Virus record (IMG/VR): IMGVR_UViG_3300045988_159685
Length of the DNA stretch: 64,000 bases
Direction: 5' to 3' (one strand)
Origin: a virus
Within the stretch, counting starts at the first letter, position 1. The number at the start of each line of letters is the position of its first letter. Below, piece by piece: positions 1 to 8,907 of this stretch. Below the pieces are notes generated by a model. The model made no database searches. It was not told the origin of the DNA and worked only from the letters and a program-made list of their open reading frames with translations. The position numbers and the translations under genes are program-made.

Positions 1-102
1 AGTTGCTTGCGCAGTTGCAGTTGAAGAGGCTATGAAGTAAGGTTTTAAGCCACTTTACGGATTTTGCAAGAAATTGTAAATTTACTTTTTATGTAAAAAA
101 AC

Positions 103-180
103 TTGTCCACTGTCCACGGATTGTCCACGCTTTTTTAAAATGTGGACAGTTTCGTGGACAAGTTGTATATTTCGTGGACA
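103..180. repeat. Six-copy GTGGACA/TGTCCAC heptamer cluster (3 direct + 3 inverted); att-arm-type or DnaA-box-like sites
   Basis: TTGTCCAC at 103-110, TGTCCAC at 111-117 and TTGTCCAC at 121-128. Inverted GTGGACA at 142-148, 154-160 and 174-180, symmetric around an A/T block. Lies just 3' of the integrase gene. One mismatch from the DnaA box TTATCCACA. Confidence 0.7.
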
Positions 181-215
181 ACGTTAAAGACTAAAAAATT
201 ATTAAGTAAAAAGAA

Positions 216-241
216 GGCGTTAGATTAATTTATCTAACGCC
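216..241 (-). terminator. Hairpin terminator after integrase gene
   Basis: Perfect 10-bp stem GGCGTTAGAT / ATCTAACGCC with loop taattt, T/A-rich on both sides, directly downstream of the int stop codon. Confidence 0.6.
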
Positions 242-259
242 TTAATTTTTTATTAACAA

Positions 260-1465
260 TCAGGCTTCATAGTCAAAAATATCATTAAGAACATCATCGC
301 CCTCTTCTTTCATTTCATTTGTAAGATGCTGGTATATCCCTAATGTGATTTGAATATTTTTATGCCCCAACCTTTCTTGGACATATTTAGGTTTAGCCCC
401 TGCCGACAACAACATCGAGCAGTGCGTATGCCTTAAAGAGTGAAAGGTAAAATTGATACCCAACTTCTTGTGTATAATCATCGAGGTATGTTGCATTGTT
501 CTTGGCTGTATATAACTGCCATCGTTTCTTATACAGACAGGATGTATTTTTTTACCTCTATGTTCGTTGTTCAATATTCCGTCTTTATCTTCAAACCAAT
601 AAATAAATTTGTCTTTTAAAAAACGACGATACTCTTCTTGTCTTTGCTTTTCACGTCGCAAAAGCTCAGCTAATCCGTCGTCTATAGTTATTGTCCTAAA
701 GGAATCATATTTTGGATTTGAGAAATACCAACACCGTTTTCCGCTATCGTCCCATTGTATTTGACGGTTTATTGAAATTGTTTTGTTAATCAGATCCACA
801 TCGTTCCAACATAATCCATAAGCCTCGCCTAATCGAAGCCCGCATTTGTAGCCCAACATCATTGGTATATGAGTAGAAGAGGTCTCTGGGAAACGCTCAA
901 AAATTCGTAACATGTCTTCTTCCGAGATTAGATAATGCGGCTGAGTCTTAGAATTGACCGTTGCCAAACGTTTGCTTGGCAATTGAACATATGCCATGGG
1001 ATTTGAAGAAATATAATTTAGTGGTTCTACGGCATAACTTAAACTGCTTGAAAGGATCGATTTAATAACCGACAAAGTATTTCTGCTCATCTTTGAATCA
1101 TAAAGTTTGTTTATAAATTTTTGTAATAAAGGAGGAGTTAGCGAACTTATTTTATATTTCCCCAATTCAGGCAATATATATAATCTTAGCTTTTTCTGGT
1201 AATTGGCTTTTGTTTGTTTATTAAGTTTTGCTTCACAAATCACATCAAACCAAGTTTTAAGGTAATCGTTAAAACTTGTTTCTGATTGAACAAATACATT
1301 GCCAGTTCTATTATACTCGTTCATGGCTTGCGTACCTGCTTTTTGCGCCGCTTTACGATTAGTAAATCCAGATTTTGTGTACTGTTTTCTTTTGCCGTCA
1401 ATTGCCGCACCTTCAAAACGATACTCCCATTTGCTACCACGCTTACGCACATTTAATCTTGCCAT
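260..1465 (-). CDS. int: Tyrosine site-specific recombinase (phage integrase)
   Basis: 401 aa. N-terminal arm-binding-type start MARLNVRKRGSKWEYRFE. C-terminal catalytic signature GLRLGEA ... HSLRHTHCSMLL ... LGHKNIQITLGIYQH (R..HxxR..H..Y). Confidence 0.92.
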   Translation of the reverse strand: MARLNVRKRGSKWEYRFEGAAIDGKRKQYTKSGFTNRKAAQKAGTQAMNEYNRTGNVFVQSETSFNDYLKTWFDVICEAKLNKQTKANYQKKLRLYILPELGKYKISSLTPPLLQKFINKLYDSKMSRNTLSVIKSILSSSLSYAVEPLNYISSNPMAYVQLPSKRLATVNSKTQPHYLISEEDMLRIFERFPETSSTHIPMMLGYKCGLRLGEAYGLCWNDVDLINKTISINRQIQWDDSGKRCWYFSNPKYDSFRTITIDDGLAELLRREKQRQEEYRRFLKDKFIYWFEDKDGILNNEHRGKKIHPVCIRNDGSYIQPRTMQHTSMIIHKKLGINFTFHSLRHTHCSMLLSAGAKPKYVQERLGHKNIQITLGIYQHLTNEMKEEGDDVLNDIFDYEA

Positions 1466-1520
1466 AATTCTCCTCCTTAGTTAATACGAAAAAAGCACAC
1501 ACATTCGTGCGTGTTCTACG

Positions 1521-1685
1521 TTACGATGATTTTGTATCTATATATCTAAGCAATTCCGACTCAAGTATTTTTAATGAACCTATCTTTACAGCTTTAATTT
1601 TACCCTCGCCTATTTCTCGATATATGTAATTCGTGTTTACTCTAAGAATTTGAGCAGCTTCTTTTATTGTGTAGATCTGTTCCAT
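1521..1685 (-). CDS. Excisionase-like / MerR-type HTH DNA-binding protein
   Basis: YTIKEAAQILRVNTNYIYREIGEGKIKAVKIG is typical of the excisionase-family HTH. Start moved to the ATG at 1685, preceded by GGAGGT. Immediately upstream of int. Confidence 0.75.
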   Translation of the reverse strand: MEQIYTIKEAAQILRVNTNYIYREIGEGKIKAVKIGSLKILESELLRYIDTKSS

Positions 1686-1713
1686 TTGTTGTACCTCCAC
1701 AAAAGCTTTAACA

Positions 1714-2196
1714 CTATCTTCCGGTGCTTCCAAAGCCACCATTTCTTATGCCGTCGGCTTTATCATCAACAGTAATACCATACTTAATAAAAATACCTTG
1801 ACACAATTTATCGCCAGCCTTTAGCTCTAAATCCTTGTCCACTGAGAACTTTGCCATAATATGTCCTTCATTTTCCGAGTGTGAATAATCGCTATCTACT
1901 ACGCCGAAGGTATTTGATAGCCTCATTCCGTATTTGAAGCCCAAACCCGATTTTGGGACAATTGCCAAAAACCAATCTTCGTCTATTTTACAACGTATGC
2001 CCAATGGAACAAGAACGGTTTCGCCCGCCTTGACATTGATTGCTACAGGTGTATGTATATCATAGCCCGCTGAGCCAGACGTTGCTCTTGTTGGTATTAT
2101 AATATTATCATACGAAAAATCTGTATATCCGCTCTTTACCATGTCATATTCAAAACGCTCTTTTGTTACTTTTTCAAATTCTGCAACATAAATCAT
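1714..2196 (-). CDS. dut: dUTP diphosphatase (trimeric dUTPase)
   Basis: Motifs SGSAGYDIHT, PKSGLG, GVVDSDY and C-terminal GGFGSTGR. Confidence 0.9.
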   Translation of the reverse strand: MIYVAEFEKVTKERFEYDMVKSGYTDFSYDNIIIPTRATSGSAGYDIHTPVAINVKAGETVLVPLGIRCKIDEDWFLAIVPKSGLGFKYGMRLSNTFGVVDSDYSHSENEGHIMAKFSVDKDLELKAGDKLCQGIFIKYGITVDDKADGIRNGGFGSTGR

Positions 2197-2316
2197 TAAG
2201 ATACCTCACTTTACTTTTTTGTTTCTATATGTTATAATTAAGATGTGATTAGTCGCTATCATTCGTTGAACATAATATTGAACAAATTATGATTTGTGGC
2301 GACTAATAATCTATTA

Positions 2317-2346
2317 GGGTTTGCTAAAATGCAAACCCTTTTTTTA
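2317..2346. terminator. Intergenic GC hairpin with T8 run (nrdG-dut spacer)
   Basis: GGGTTTGC-taaaat-GCAAACCC followed by TTTTTTTT on the plus strand, which is an A-run before the hairpin on the minus strand. Orientation relative to the minus-strand genes is ambiguous. Confidence 0.4.
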
Positions 2347-2838
2347 TTAATCACACCAAAGAACAACTTTGTTTTGCTTTAAACTTTCTTGTACATTAAT
2401 AACCCTCTGATTACTTGACCCTCGCCATTTTAATGTTATGTCACGTTTGTCATCTTCGTATTGACCATCAACGACTACATCGATGTACTCCATAATAGGC
2501 AAGTCTTTAATTTCTTCCCACCTATAACCTGTGTAAATCCATTGAGTTTTTGTAGGATGACAATCTTTTATTAGTGCAGATATTGCGCATACTATTTCGC
2601 GATTATCAGGAAACAAAGGATCGCCGCCTGAAAATGTTATACCTGAAATATACGACTTGTCTAACTGGTTACATATTTCAAAGATAGTATCAAAATCAAA
2701 TGGTATACCACTATCTTTATTCCATGTCTGAGGGTTTTGGCAGTTTTTACAATGATGATTACAGCCTGATACCCAAAGGACAGTTCTAAGCCCGTCACCA
2801 TTTAACATATCGTCCTTGGTTATATTATGATAGTTCAT
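2347..2838 (-). CDS. nrdG: Anaerobic ribonucleotide reductase activating protein (radical SAM)
   Basis: CNHHCKNCQNPQTW radical-SAM Cys cluster and GITFSGGDPLF. Stop/start coupled to the nrdD 3' exon. Confidence 0.9.
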   Translation of the reverse strand: MNYHNITKDDMLNGDGLRTVLWVSGCNHHCKNCQNPQTWNKDSGIPFDFDTIFEICNQLDKSYISGITFSGGDPLFPDNREIVCAISALIKDCHPTKTQWIYTGYRWEEIKDLPIMEYIDVVVDGQYEDDKRDITLKWRGSSNQRVINVQESLKQNKVVLWCD

Positions 2839-3797
2839 TACATACTCACCCTATCCTTTATCTCTGCAACCTTTGCGGCATTGTATCTACTTTTACCATG
2901 TATTCTAGTAAAGCCTAAATAGCCATTCATTCGATCAATCTGAGTTATATTTTCCGACCCACACTTCGGGCATTTATCCATTTCTAGTTGCTCATAACCG
3001 CAATCCTCACAATATGATAATGCTAAATTTATGCCCTCATAAAATCCGTAATCCATGGCACGTCTTACAAGTGTTTTTATAGCTTCCTTATTATACGATA
3101 TAGGATAACGACAATACTGTATCTTTCCACCATTGAATAAATTCCAAAAACGCTTTTCAGTATCTTGTTTCTGAACTGGAGTAATATGTTCCCATACGCC
3201 ACAATGGAATGAGTTGGAAACGTATGGTCTGTCTGATACGCCCTCTATGATACCATACTTCTTGCGGAATTGTTCAACTTGAAGCCCACACAGGCTCTCG
3301 GCAGGAGTACCGTAAATTGCGTATAGTATACGATCTTGTTCTTTAAATTCATTTGCCTTGTCATTTATGTATTGCATTACTTCATAGGCAAAATCACTAT
3401 CTTCTACAAGTGACTTACCATTATACAAATGCTGTAATTCGTTTAAAGCAGTGATACCAAAACTCATAGTCATAGCTGAAAGTATTGGTTTTATTTTATC
3501 ATTAGGGTTGAGATTGCCACCAAGAAAACCACCTTGAGTAAATCCCATTGGATTTGTCGATGCCTTTTTCTCTCCTAAAAATTCATACGTTCTTTTGTGC
3601 AGGTTTCTTATAAGTTCGAGGTAATAATCAAGAACTTCATAAAAATCTTTATTCTCCTGCCTTGCCTTTGCTAATATCATCGGCAAATGTAATGATATTG
3701 CACCAAGATTAAATCTACCCTCAAAGACAGGGTAATCATTTTCGTCTTTTGGTTTCATGCCACCTTTTACAAACCAAGGTGACAACGAAGCTCTACA
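2838..3797 (-). CDS. nrdD: Anaerobic ribonucleoside-triphosphate reductase NrdD, exon 3 (C-terminal part with Zn ribbon and glycyl-radical region)
   Basis: Begins CRASLSPWF after the splice. Contains CEDCGYE...CPKCGS and the C-terminal RMNGYLGF glycyl-radical-type motif. Confidence 0.85.
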   Translation of the reverse strand, partial: CRASLSPWFVKGGMKPKDENDYPVFEGRFNLGAISLHLPMILAKARQENKDFYEVLDYYLELIRNLHKRTYEFLGEKKASTNPMGFTQGGFLGGNLNPNDKIKPILSAMTMSFGITALNELQHLYNGKSLVEDSDFAYEVMQYINDKANEFKEQDRILYAIYGTPAESLCGLQVEQFRKKYGIIEGVSDRPYVSNSFHCGVWEHITPVQKQDTEKRFWNLFNGGKIQYCRYPISYNKEAIKTLVRRAMDYGFYEGINLALSYCEDCGYEQLEMDKCPKCGSENITQIDRMNGYLGFTRIHGKSRYNAAKVAEIKDRVSM

Positions 3798-4111
3798 CAA
3801 TGGCATAATGCCATTGGACTATATCTTTACACAACATTCTGTTACCAAATGCTGTGTACTTCGCTGTTCCACATAAGGAGTCGCACCTTATGTGTACTCT
3901 ATTCACTTCTTCACACAAGTCTTTCACTTATGCTATGTTTTCGATAGTCTCTTGACGATTATCAAAATAATTTTTGAATTTCGCACAGGATTTTTTTAGT
4001 TCCCTGTTAGCACAATTCCTAATTATCATTTCCTATAATTCCTCAACGTGAATTGTACACCCTACATTTGTAGGTTTACGAAGTTTTAGATGAGCCGTAG
4101 TGTAATTTTTA
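3798..4111 (-). mobile_element. Group I intron 2 in nrdD (ORF-less)
   Basis: Splits ..KVVSLMG | CRASLSPW... The exon ends in U (ATGGGT|) and can pair with the internal GCTCAT (U.G). The intron ends in G (CCATTG|TGT). Core elements: AATTGTGCTAACAGGGAA / AATCCTGTGCGAA (P/Q) and TCAAGAGACTATCG / AAGATATAGTCC (R/S; P7 GACTAT:ATAGTC). Confidence 0.8.
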
Positions 4112-4630
4112 ACCCATCAAACTAACGACTTTTCCATATTTCTTATACATTTCAGGAATATAACCATCCCCTGTCAAGGATAAAAAATCTGGATACATCG
4201 CTTTACTGCTACAATCAATGGCAACATCAAAAAGCCATTCTAACTTTTTACCTTTACCATGTAAATTTCCATCGTACAAAAACGTCAGCTTTGGAAATAG
4301 TACAGGTCTTTTAAAGCCCTCTTTTCCTTGTCCGCCCATTCGTGTTTTTAATGCCACCTCGCTTGCCATGGTTTCCCACTTGCTTGTGCCTATGCCAAAA
4401 CTAATGGCTATGAATGGATAATCGCCTCTTGATGACCCCACGGAATTAAACGCCATTTCCCATGATTGAAAGCCCTGTTCAAAATCCCGATAGACTTTTT
4501 TGGTTGCATATTCGTCGGCTTTATTCTTGTCACCGTTATCACATATGCTTAAATATTCGTCAACATATTTCTGATAACTTTTTTCGGCATATGGGGCTAA
4601 AAGAGTATCAACTCTAGGTATTGTAAAACC
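4112..4630 (-). CDS. nrdD: NrdD exon 2
   Basis: GFTIPRVDTLLAPY... continues exon 1 in frame once the intron is removed. Ends ..YGKVVSLMG. Confidence 0.85.
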
Positions 4631-5499
4631 CAATGCAGATGTATATTTCTATACTGGATACCGCACTGCAACATATCTTCACAACCGCTAATTGTGCCTA
4701 CTGTTTCAATTATGTGCCAATCTCACAATCTACTCTACTCGATTACTTTCATAATAAAAGCTATAATATTATGATATTCTTTCGATGTCCTCTACACTCT
4801 CTAAATTCCATTTATATTAAATTCCATTGATAACCTTGAAGTAATAATTGCTTTTTATTGTTTGTATCCTGATAGAGGTCTTTACCTTTTAATCCAATAT
4901 TTTTTCCCAATTCTTTTCTATCAAATGTTCCAACATAAATATTGTTTTTGTATAATTGATACATAAATCTTTTTGGCGATTTTTTATTTTTTAATGCTTT
5001 TCTCGTATTATTTTCTCTAGTTAATATTTGCAAATTTTCTATTGAATTATTTTGAGGATTTGCATCTATGTGATCGATCGTCAATTCCTGCGGAATATCC
5101 CCCCATCAGTGTTTCATATACCAATCTATGTACTCGGTAATATTTCCTTATATGTCGATTATTTTCTATAAAAGAAAGGCATACTTCTAAATATCCATCT
5201 TTATCCACTTTATAACAATGTTCTCTTGGTTGAAATATATTTATTCGCCCTTGTCCACCTTTAACTTTAGTAGTTATTACTTTGCCACTTTTGGTAACAT
5301 AGTATCCGTCATATTTAGTTTTATAAGCAATTTCATTTTCAAAAATTATTTCCTCCATAATTAAACCTCTCACTAATTTTCTTATGGAAATTAGATAGCA
5401 CGGTATTACCATATCAATTATGACTTAGGTTTCACCGTTAGCAACTTTCGTCACACCCTTTAGCAAGGTTAAGTAGGTTTTATTACGGCAATATTACTT
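4631..5499 (-). mobile_element. Group I intron 1 in nrdD, carrying an HNH homing-endonuclease ORF
   Basis: Splits ..SAASQQYG | GFTIPRVD... The exon end TACGGT pairs with GCCGTA 10 nt into the intron (P1 with U.G at the splice site). The last intron nt is G (GCATTG|GGT). P/Q-like TTGCTAACGGTGAAAC / AATACCGTGC and an S-like AAGATATGTTGC are present. Confidence 0.7.
4812..5358 (-). pseudogene. Intron-encoded HNH (NUMOD4/HNH_3-like) homing endonuclease, split by a +1 frameshift
   Basis: The N-terminal part (YYVTKSGKV..VHRLVYETL) and the HNH core (IDHIDANPQNNSIENLQILTRENN) are in different frames. Removing one G from the G6 run (C6 at 5099-5104 on the plus strand) gives ..YETLMGDIPQELTIDHID.. Confidence 0.75.
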
Positions 5500-6150
5500 A
5501 CCGTATTGTTGACTAGCTGCCGACATTGTTACATCACTTATAACATCGAAGGCAACGTCAAGTGTCTTAGGCTCGTTATAATGAATATTACCCATTTCAA
5601 AGCCACCAGACAAAACATTTGCCATATCGAAAATACAACAGTTTATGCCGTCAAGTCTGTCTTTCTTATCATGAATATAGATATAACCGTCTCTAGCCGC
5701 CTGTCTTTCTTCAACATTCAAGAAGAATTTATCATACAGGTTCTTGTTTAACTCACCATAAATCAAACTGCGCTGTGTGCTAGTCATAGTAGAATCAGTG
5801 TTGGCATTTGAAACGTCGCCAATATAACGAATGCCCTGAGACTTGGTATATACATCGTCCATCATATGAACAAAGTCTTTTTTGTAATTTCTATACTGCC
5901 TATAACATTCACCTGATTTCGGGTAAAGGTCAAGCAAGGTGCGCTCGACTATTGCATGTATCGCCTCAACCGAAATACAATCATTTTCTAAATCTTCTTC
6001 CATTATGTAATCCATAACAGCAGAGCAAATTTTTTCATAATCTTTATCTGAAAGATTTTCCAATGCCCTGTTAGCTGATTTGCTACAGGCATTGATTATT
6101 TTTTGATAATCAAAATCTTCTAATGTTCCGTCCTTTTTTATTACTTTCAT
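5500..6150 (-). CDS. nrdD: NrdD exon 1 (ATP-cone and N-terminal domain)
   Basis: MKVIKKDGTLEDFDYQKI ATP-cone start. The in-frame stop lies 2 codons after the inferred 5' splice site. Confidence 0.85.
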
Positions 6151-6172
6151 TTTATCGCTCCTTCTGTATTTT

Positions 6173-6808
6173 CTACAAATATATTTCTATACCAATTTCA
6201 GTTTCCATAATAGTATTAATTGCCTTGTCAATATCGTTCCAATTCTTACAACGATATTTTTGATACAACGTATGAATATTACTTTCATATGACTCAAAGC
6301 CATGTCTATTCCATGGATAATCAAATAAAATTTTATGGTAATAGCCATCAACTAAATTATCTACACAATCATCAATTAGAATATCAATGCCCCTACCGAG
6401 CATTTGCTTGTTCTTTATGACTATTAGGCTATCATACATATTTAAAAATGGAAGTTGTTCTTGTAACCAAGCCGCCTTACTAGAAATATTCTGTGGGGCT
6501 GTAGCTGTTACTATGTAAATTTCACAACCTAAATCATGGTATTTCTTCAATGTAGCAACACAATTTTCAAGCACTTTTATATTTTTCCATACTCTCTTAT
6601 CCGTGAAATAGTCATAGAACTTATCCTGAGAAACATTTTTAAAGAACTGCCTCATATTATAGGTAGTTATATCGGCAACAGACAAATTGTCATTATAGTC
6701 CTTATTATAAACATCAATAATACTCTCTGCTAGATTATTAATAACATTGTCACAATCCACACCGATTCGCCAAGGTCTAGGTCTTTTCAGATTTGCTTTC
6801 AGTTCCAT
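6173..6808 (-). CDS. 5'(3')-deoxyribonucleotidase-like HAD hydrolase (NT5C family)
   Basis: HAD motif I IGVDCDNVINN. Size and layout fit NT5C. Start chosen at MELKANL, 8 nt after AAAGGGGGA. Confidence 0.6.
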   Translation of the reverse strand: MELKANLKRPRPWRIGVDCDNVINNLAESIIDVYNKDYNDNLSVADITTYNMRQFFKNVSQDKFYDYFTDKRVWKNIKVLENCVATLKKYHDLGCEIYIVTATAPQNISSKAAWLQEQLPFLNMYDSLIVIKNKQMLGRGIDILIDDCVDNLVDGYYHKILFDYPWNRHGFESYESNIHTLYQKYRCKNWNDIDKAINTIMETEIGIEIYL

Positions 6809-6926
6809 TGGCATTTCCCCCTTTATCATTCTCGTCTAATTCATCAAGCATTTCGACCACTGTCCTATAGGCTATCAAAAAGCCAAACGCAAGTCCGACC
6901 AAAATACCAATAATAAAATTAGCCAT
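6777..6926 (-). CDS. Small membrane protein (49 aa, below ORF-track cutoff)
   Basis: MANFIIGILVGLAFGFLIAYRTVVEML.. has one clear TM helix. AAGGAG lies 10 nt upstream of the ATG. Confidence 0.4.
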   Translation of the reverse strand: MANFIIGILVGLAFGFLIAYRTVVEMLDELDENDKGGNANGTESKSEKT

Positions 6927-7314
6927 TCTTGTTATGCTCCTTTATGTATTTTTCATATTCTTTCTTAATCTGGCTAAGTGTTAAATACTTATACGGAATT
7001 CCTCTTTCGCTACAATACGCAATTTCGGTCAGGCAACCTTTAGAATACATATAGCTATCGGAACATATCACCATGCGATCCGCCAGTTCTTCGAGAAGAA
7101 ACAAAGTCATATTTAGCCCTTGCTCATAGCTCGTACAATCATACAAACTCCCGAACATAGCTATAGGGTTTAAATATAAATTTTCAGGATGCATAATCGT
7201 CAACAATCTTTGACACTCATTAACCTCGTCAAGATTATCTTTTTTACCGCCGTATGGATGAGAAAGATACACAACACCATTATAATTGCTCTTGTTAATT
7301 ATTTTCATTGTCAT
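6919..7314 (-). CDS. Nucleoside 2-deoxyribosyltransferase-like (DUF4406-like) protein
   Basis: VYLSHPYGG near the N-terminus and SKGCLTEIAYCSERGIPY near the C-terminus resemble the NDT-fold pattern. Sits in a nucleotide-metabolism context. Confidence 0.35.
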   Translation of the reverse strand: MTMKIINKSNYNGVVYLSHPYGGKKDNLDEVNECQRLLTIMHPENLYLNPIAMFGSLYDCTSYEQGLNMTLFLLEELADRMVICSDSYMYSKGCLTEIAYCSERGIPYKYLTLSQIKKEYEKYIKEHNKNG

Positions 7315-7882
7315 TATCCTGCCTTTTAGTTATCGCCTGAATATAATTTTTCAGTTCGTCATATGCTGTCTCAATATTATCATTGTTAGTAATTACATAA
7401 TCCACTACAAGATTGCAATTTTCAAATTCAATTTCATCTTGTTTAATACGCTCCATTGCACGATTTGTTGCCACGAGGCTATTCTGGTACATTTTAAAAT
7501 AGCGATCAAACAGGCGGTCATACCGATTAATAGGCAGACAATCTATGTATACCGAGTAAATTTTTCTGTCGCCTTTATACTTTTCTTTAAGCTCATTTAA
7601 ACCTGTCTGATCAACAACATAGAGGTCATGAGCTTCGTCGTCAATTTGCTGAGACGTAACACCATAATGATTGTTCAGATAATAATTATATGCCACAATG
7701 TCATTGAGGTTCTGAAACTCTTCCTCGGTTACAAAAGTATGTCCTGCCTCGCCCTCATATCTTGGTGGGCGCGTTGTGTAAGAGGCAATCTGTTTCATGT
7801 TTAACTCAATTTCAAGTTTTTGCACAAGCGTTGATTTGCCGCTTGCCGAAGCTCCGAGAATACAAAATAACGGTTTACTCAT
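7295..7882 (-). CDS. Guanylate kinase-like nucleoside monophosphate kinase
   Basis: P-loop GASASGKSTL followed by SYTTRPPRYEGEAGHTFVTEEEF (guanylate kinase signature). Confidence 0.75.
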   Translation of the reverse strand: MSKPLFCILGASASGKSTLVQKLEIELNMKQIASYTTRPPRYEGEAGHTFVTEEEFQNLNDIVAYNYYLNNHYGVTSQQIDDEAHDLYVVDQTGLNELKEKYKGDRKIYSVYIDCLPINRYDRLFDRYFKMYQNSLVATNRAMERIKQDEIEFENCNLVVDYVITNNDNIETAYDELKNYIQAITKRQDNDNENN

Positions 7883-8453
7883 TATTGCCCTCCTTGAAAT
7901 ATTGGCTCAAACACATCTCTTTGAAATAAGGAAGTTTTTCAATCCACTTGCAAAACTCTCTCCATTCTGGTAATTTATGATTATGACGTTGTTCCCAAAC
8001 GTTTTTCAAACAACGGTAATTTGTCGTCAGTCGTGCGGTAAGTTCAAAGCCACTAGGAACATTGTATAACAAACGAAGATAATCTTCTGTATCCTTTGTC
8101 TGATTATATATATCTTTAAGCTCATCGACTCTCTCGATAATTTTCTCATCGACATATTCATTACACTGTCCGGCTATATCTAATTTGGAAATTCGGTGCA
8201 TGGTAGATTGACTTGAAACGAAAACCAAATATTTGTACCTTTCAGCCTCAATCCACATTTTATTGCTACAGGTCAAATCAAAAGAAACGAGGACACCGCT
8301 CAAAAACTGATCGTGTCCTCCTTTGCTATTGCCAAGACTTTTTATTCTGGAAGTATACTCATTTGTACACTTTTCTGGCTCAACCGTCATAGGATATTTG
8401 CTTGCCTTGAAACTTTCGCCCAAATCGTGAATTTTAACATTTTCTACTCTCAC
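7875..8453 (-). CDS. ThyX-like protein (FAD-dependent thymidylate synthase family, divergent motif)
   Basis: FDLTCSNKMWIEAERYKYLVFVSSQSTMH aligns with ThyX F.i..SR....q..RHR..S...SQRY. VPSGFELTARLTTNYRCLKNVWEQR..EWREF aligns with lP....t.v.tmN.R.l..f..lR..A..EIR. The RHR/SQRY residues are replaced. Confidence 0.45.
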   Translation of the reverse strand: MRVENVKIHDLGESFKASKYPMTVEPEKCTNEYTSRIKSLGNSKGGHDQFLSGVLVSFDLTCSNKMWIEAERYKYLVFVSSQSTMHRISKLDIAGQCNEYVDEKIIERVDELKDIYNQTKDTEDYLRLLYNVPSGFELTARLTTNYRCLKNVWEQRHNHKLPEWREFCKWIEKLPYFKEMCLSQYFKEGNNE

Positions 8454-8689
8454 TTGCTTTCCTCCACGATGAAAGGTGCGAAAAAGCGCGTAACTACGCC
8501 ACTTTTTTCTGCATCAAATTCTAATTTTATTAATTCACCTAAATCGAGGGCAAAAATCCCCATAAGACTTGTCGCAGGCACTCTATAGCGACCCTGCTTA
8601 AGATCGACCTCGAAATCTAGCCTTGATACAATCTTTATAAATTCTTGTACCTCTTTAATTGTCGATAATCTAATAAATGCGCTTTTCAA
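8450..8689 (-). CDS. HPr-like small protein
   Basis: VDLKQGRYRVPATSLMGIFALDLGELIKLEF resembles the HPr core (v.akSimgvmsLg...g..i.l). The N-terminal His15 region is not conserved. Confidence 0.35.
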   Translation of the reverse strand: MKSAFIRLSTIKEVQEFIKIVSRLDFEVDLKQGRYRVPATSLMGIFALDLGELIKLEFDAEKSGVVTRFFAPFIVEESK

Positions 8690-8701
8690 TTATAATCACT
8701 C

Positions 8702-8902
8702 CTATACATGTAATTGATATTTTTGCTTGTGCATTTCTTTTATAAGTTTGCGCTTTTCTCTTATTCTTTTTTCTTCTTCTGTTTCTTTTCTATACACAAG
8801 CTCTTTACACTCAATTGGATAACGTGCAATCATTCGTTGCATTTCTATGTAACCTAAATATTTACGTCTTGCTCCCTTTGGATCCTTCATCTTATTTGTC
8901 AC
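8702..8902 (-). CDS. Hypothetical basic protein
   Basis: Tiling minus-strand ORF with a Lys/Arg-rich coiled C-terminus. Confidence 0.5.
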   Translation of the reverse strand: MTNKMKDPKGARRKYLGYIEMQRMIARYPIECKELVYRKETEEEKRIREKRKLIKEMHKQKYQLHV

Positions 8903-8907
8903 CTCGA

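Noticed and set aside
1-39. Possible 3' end of a plus-strand gene (…EEAMK stop at 37-39)
   Set aside because: Only 12 codons are visible, which is too little to support a call.
3798-5499. Inteins as the cause of the split NrdD
   Set aside because: The intervening sequences contain in-frame stops and show group I RNA hallmarks (U.G splice-site pairing, terminal G, P/Q/R/S elements). No intein blocks are present.
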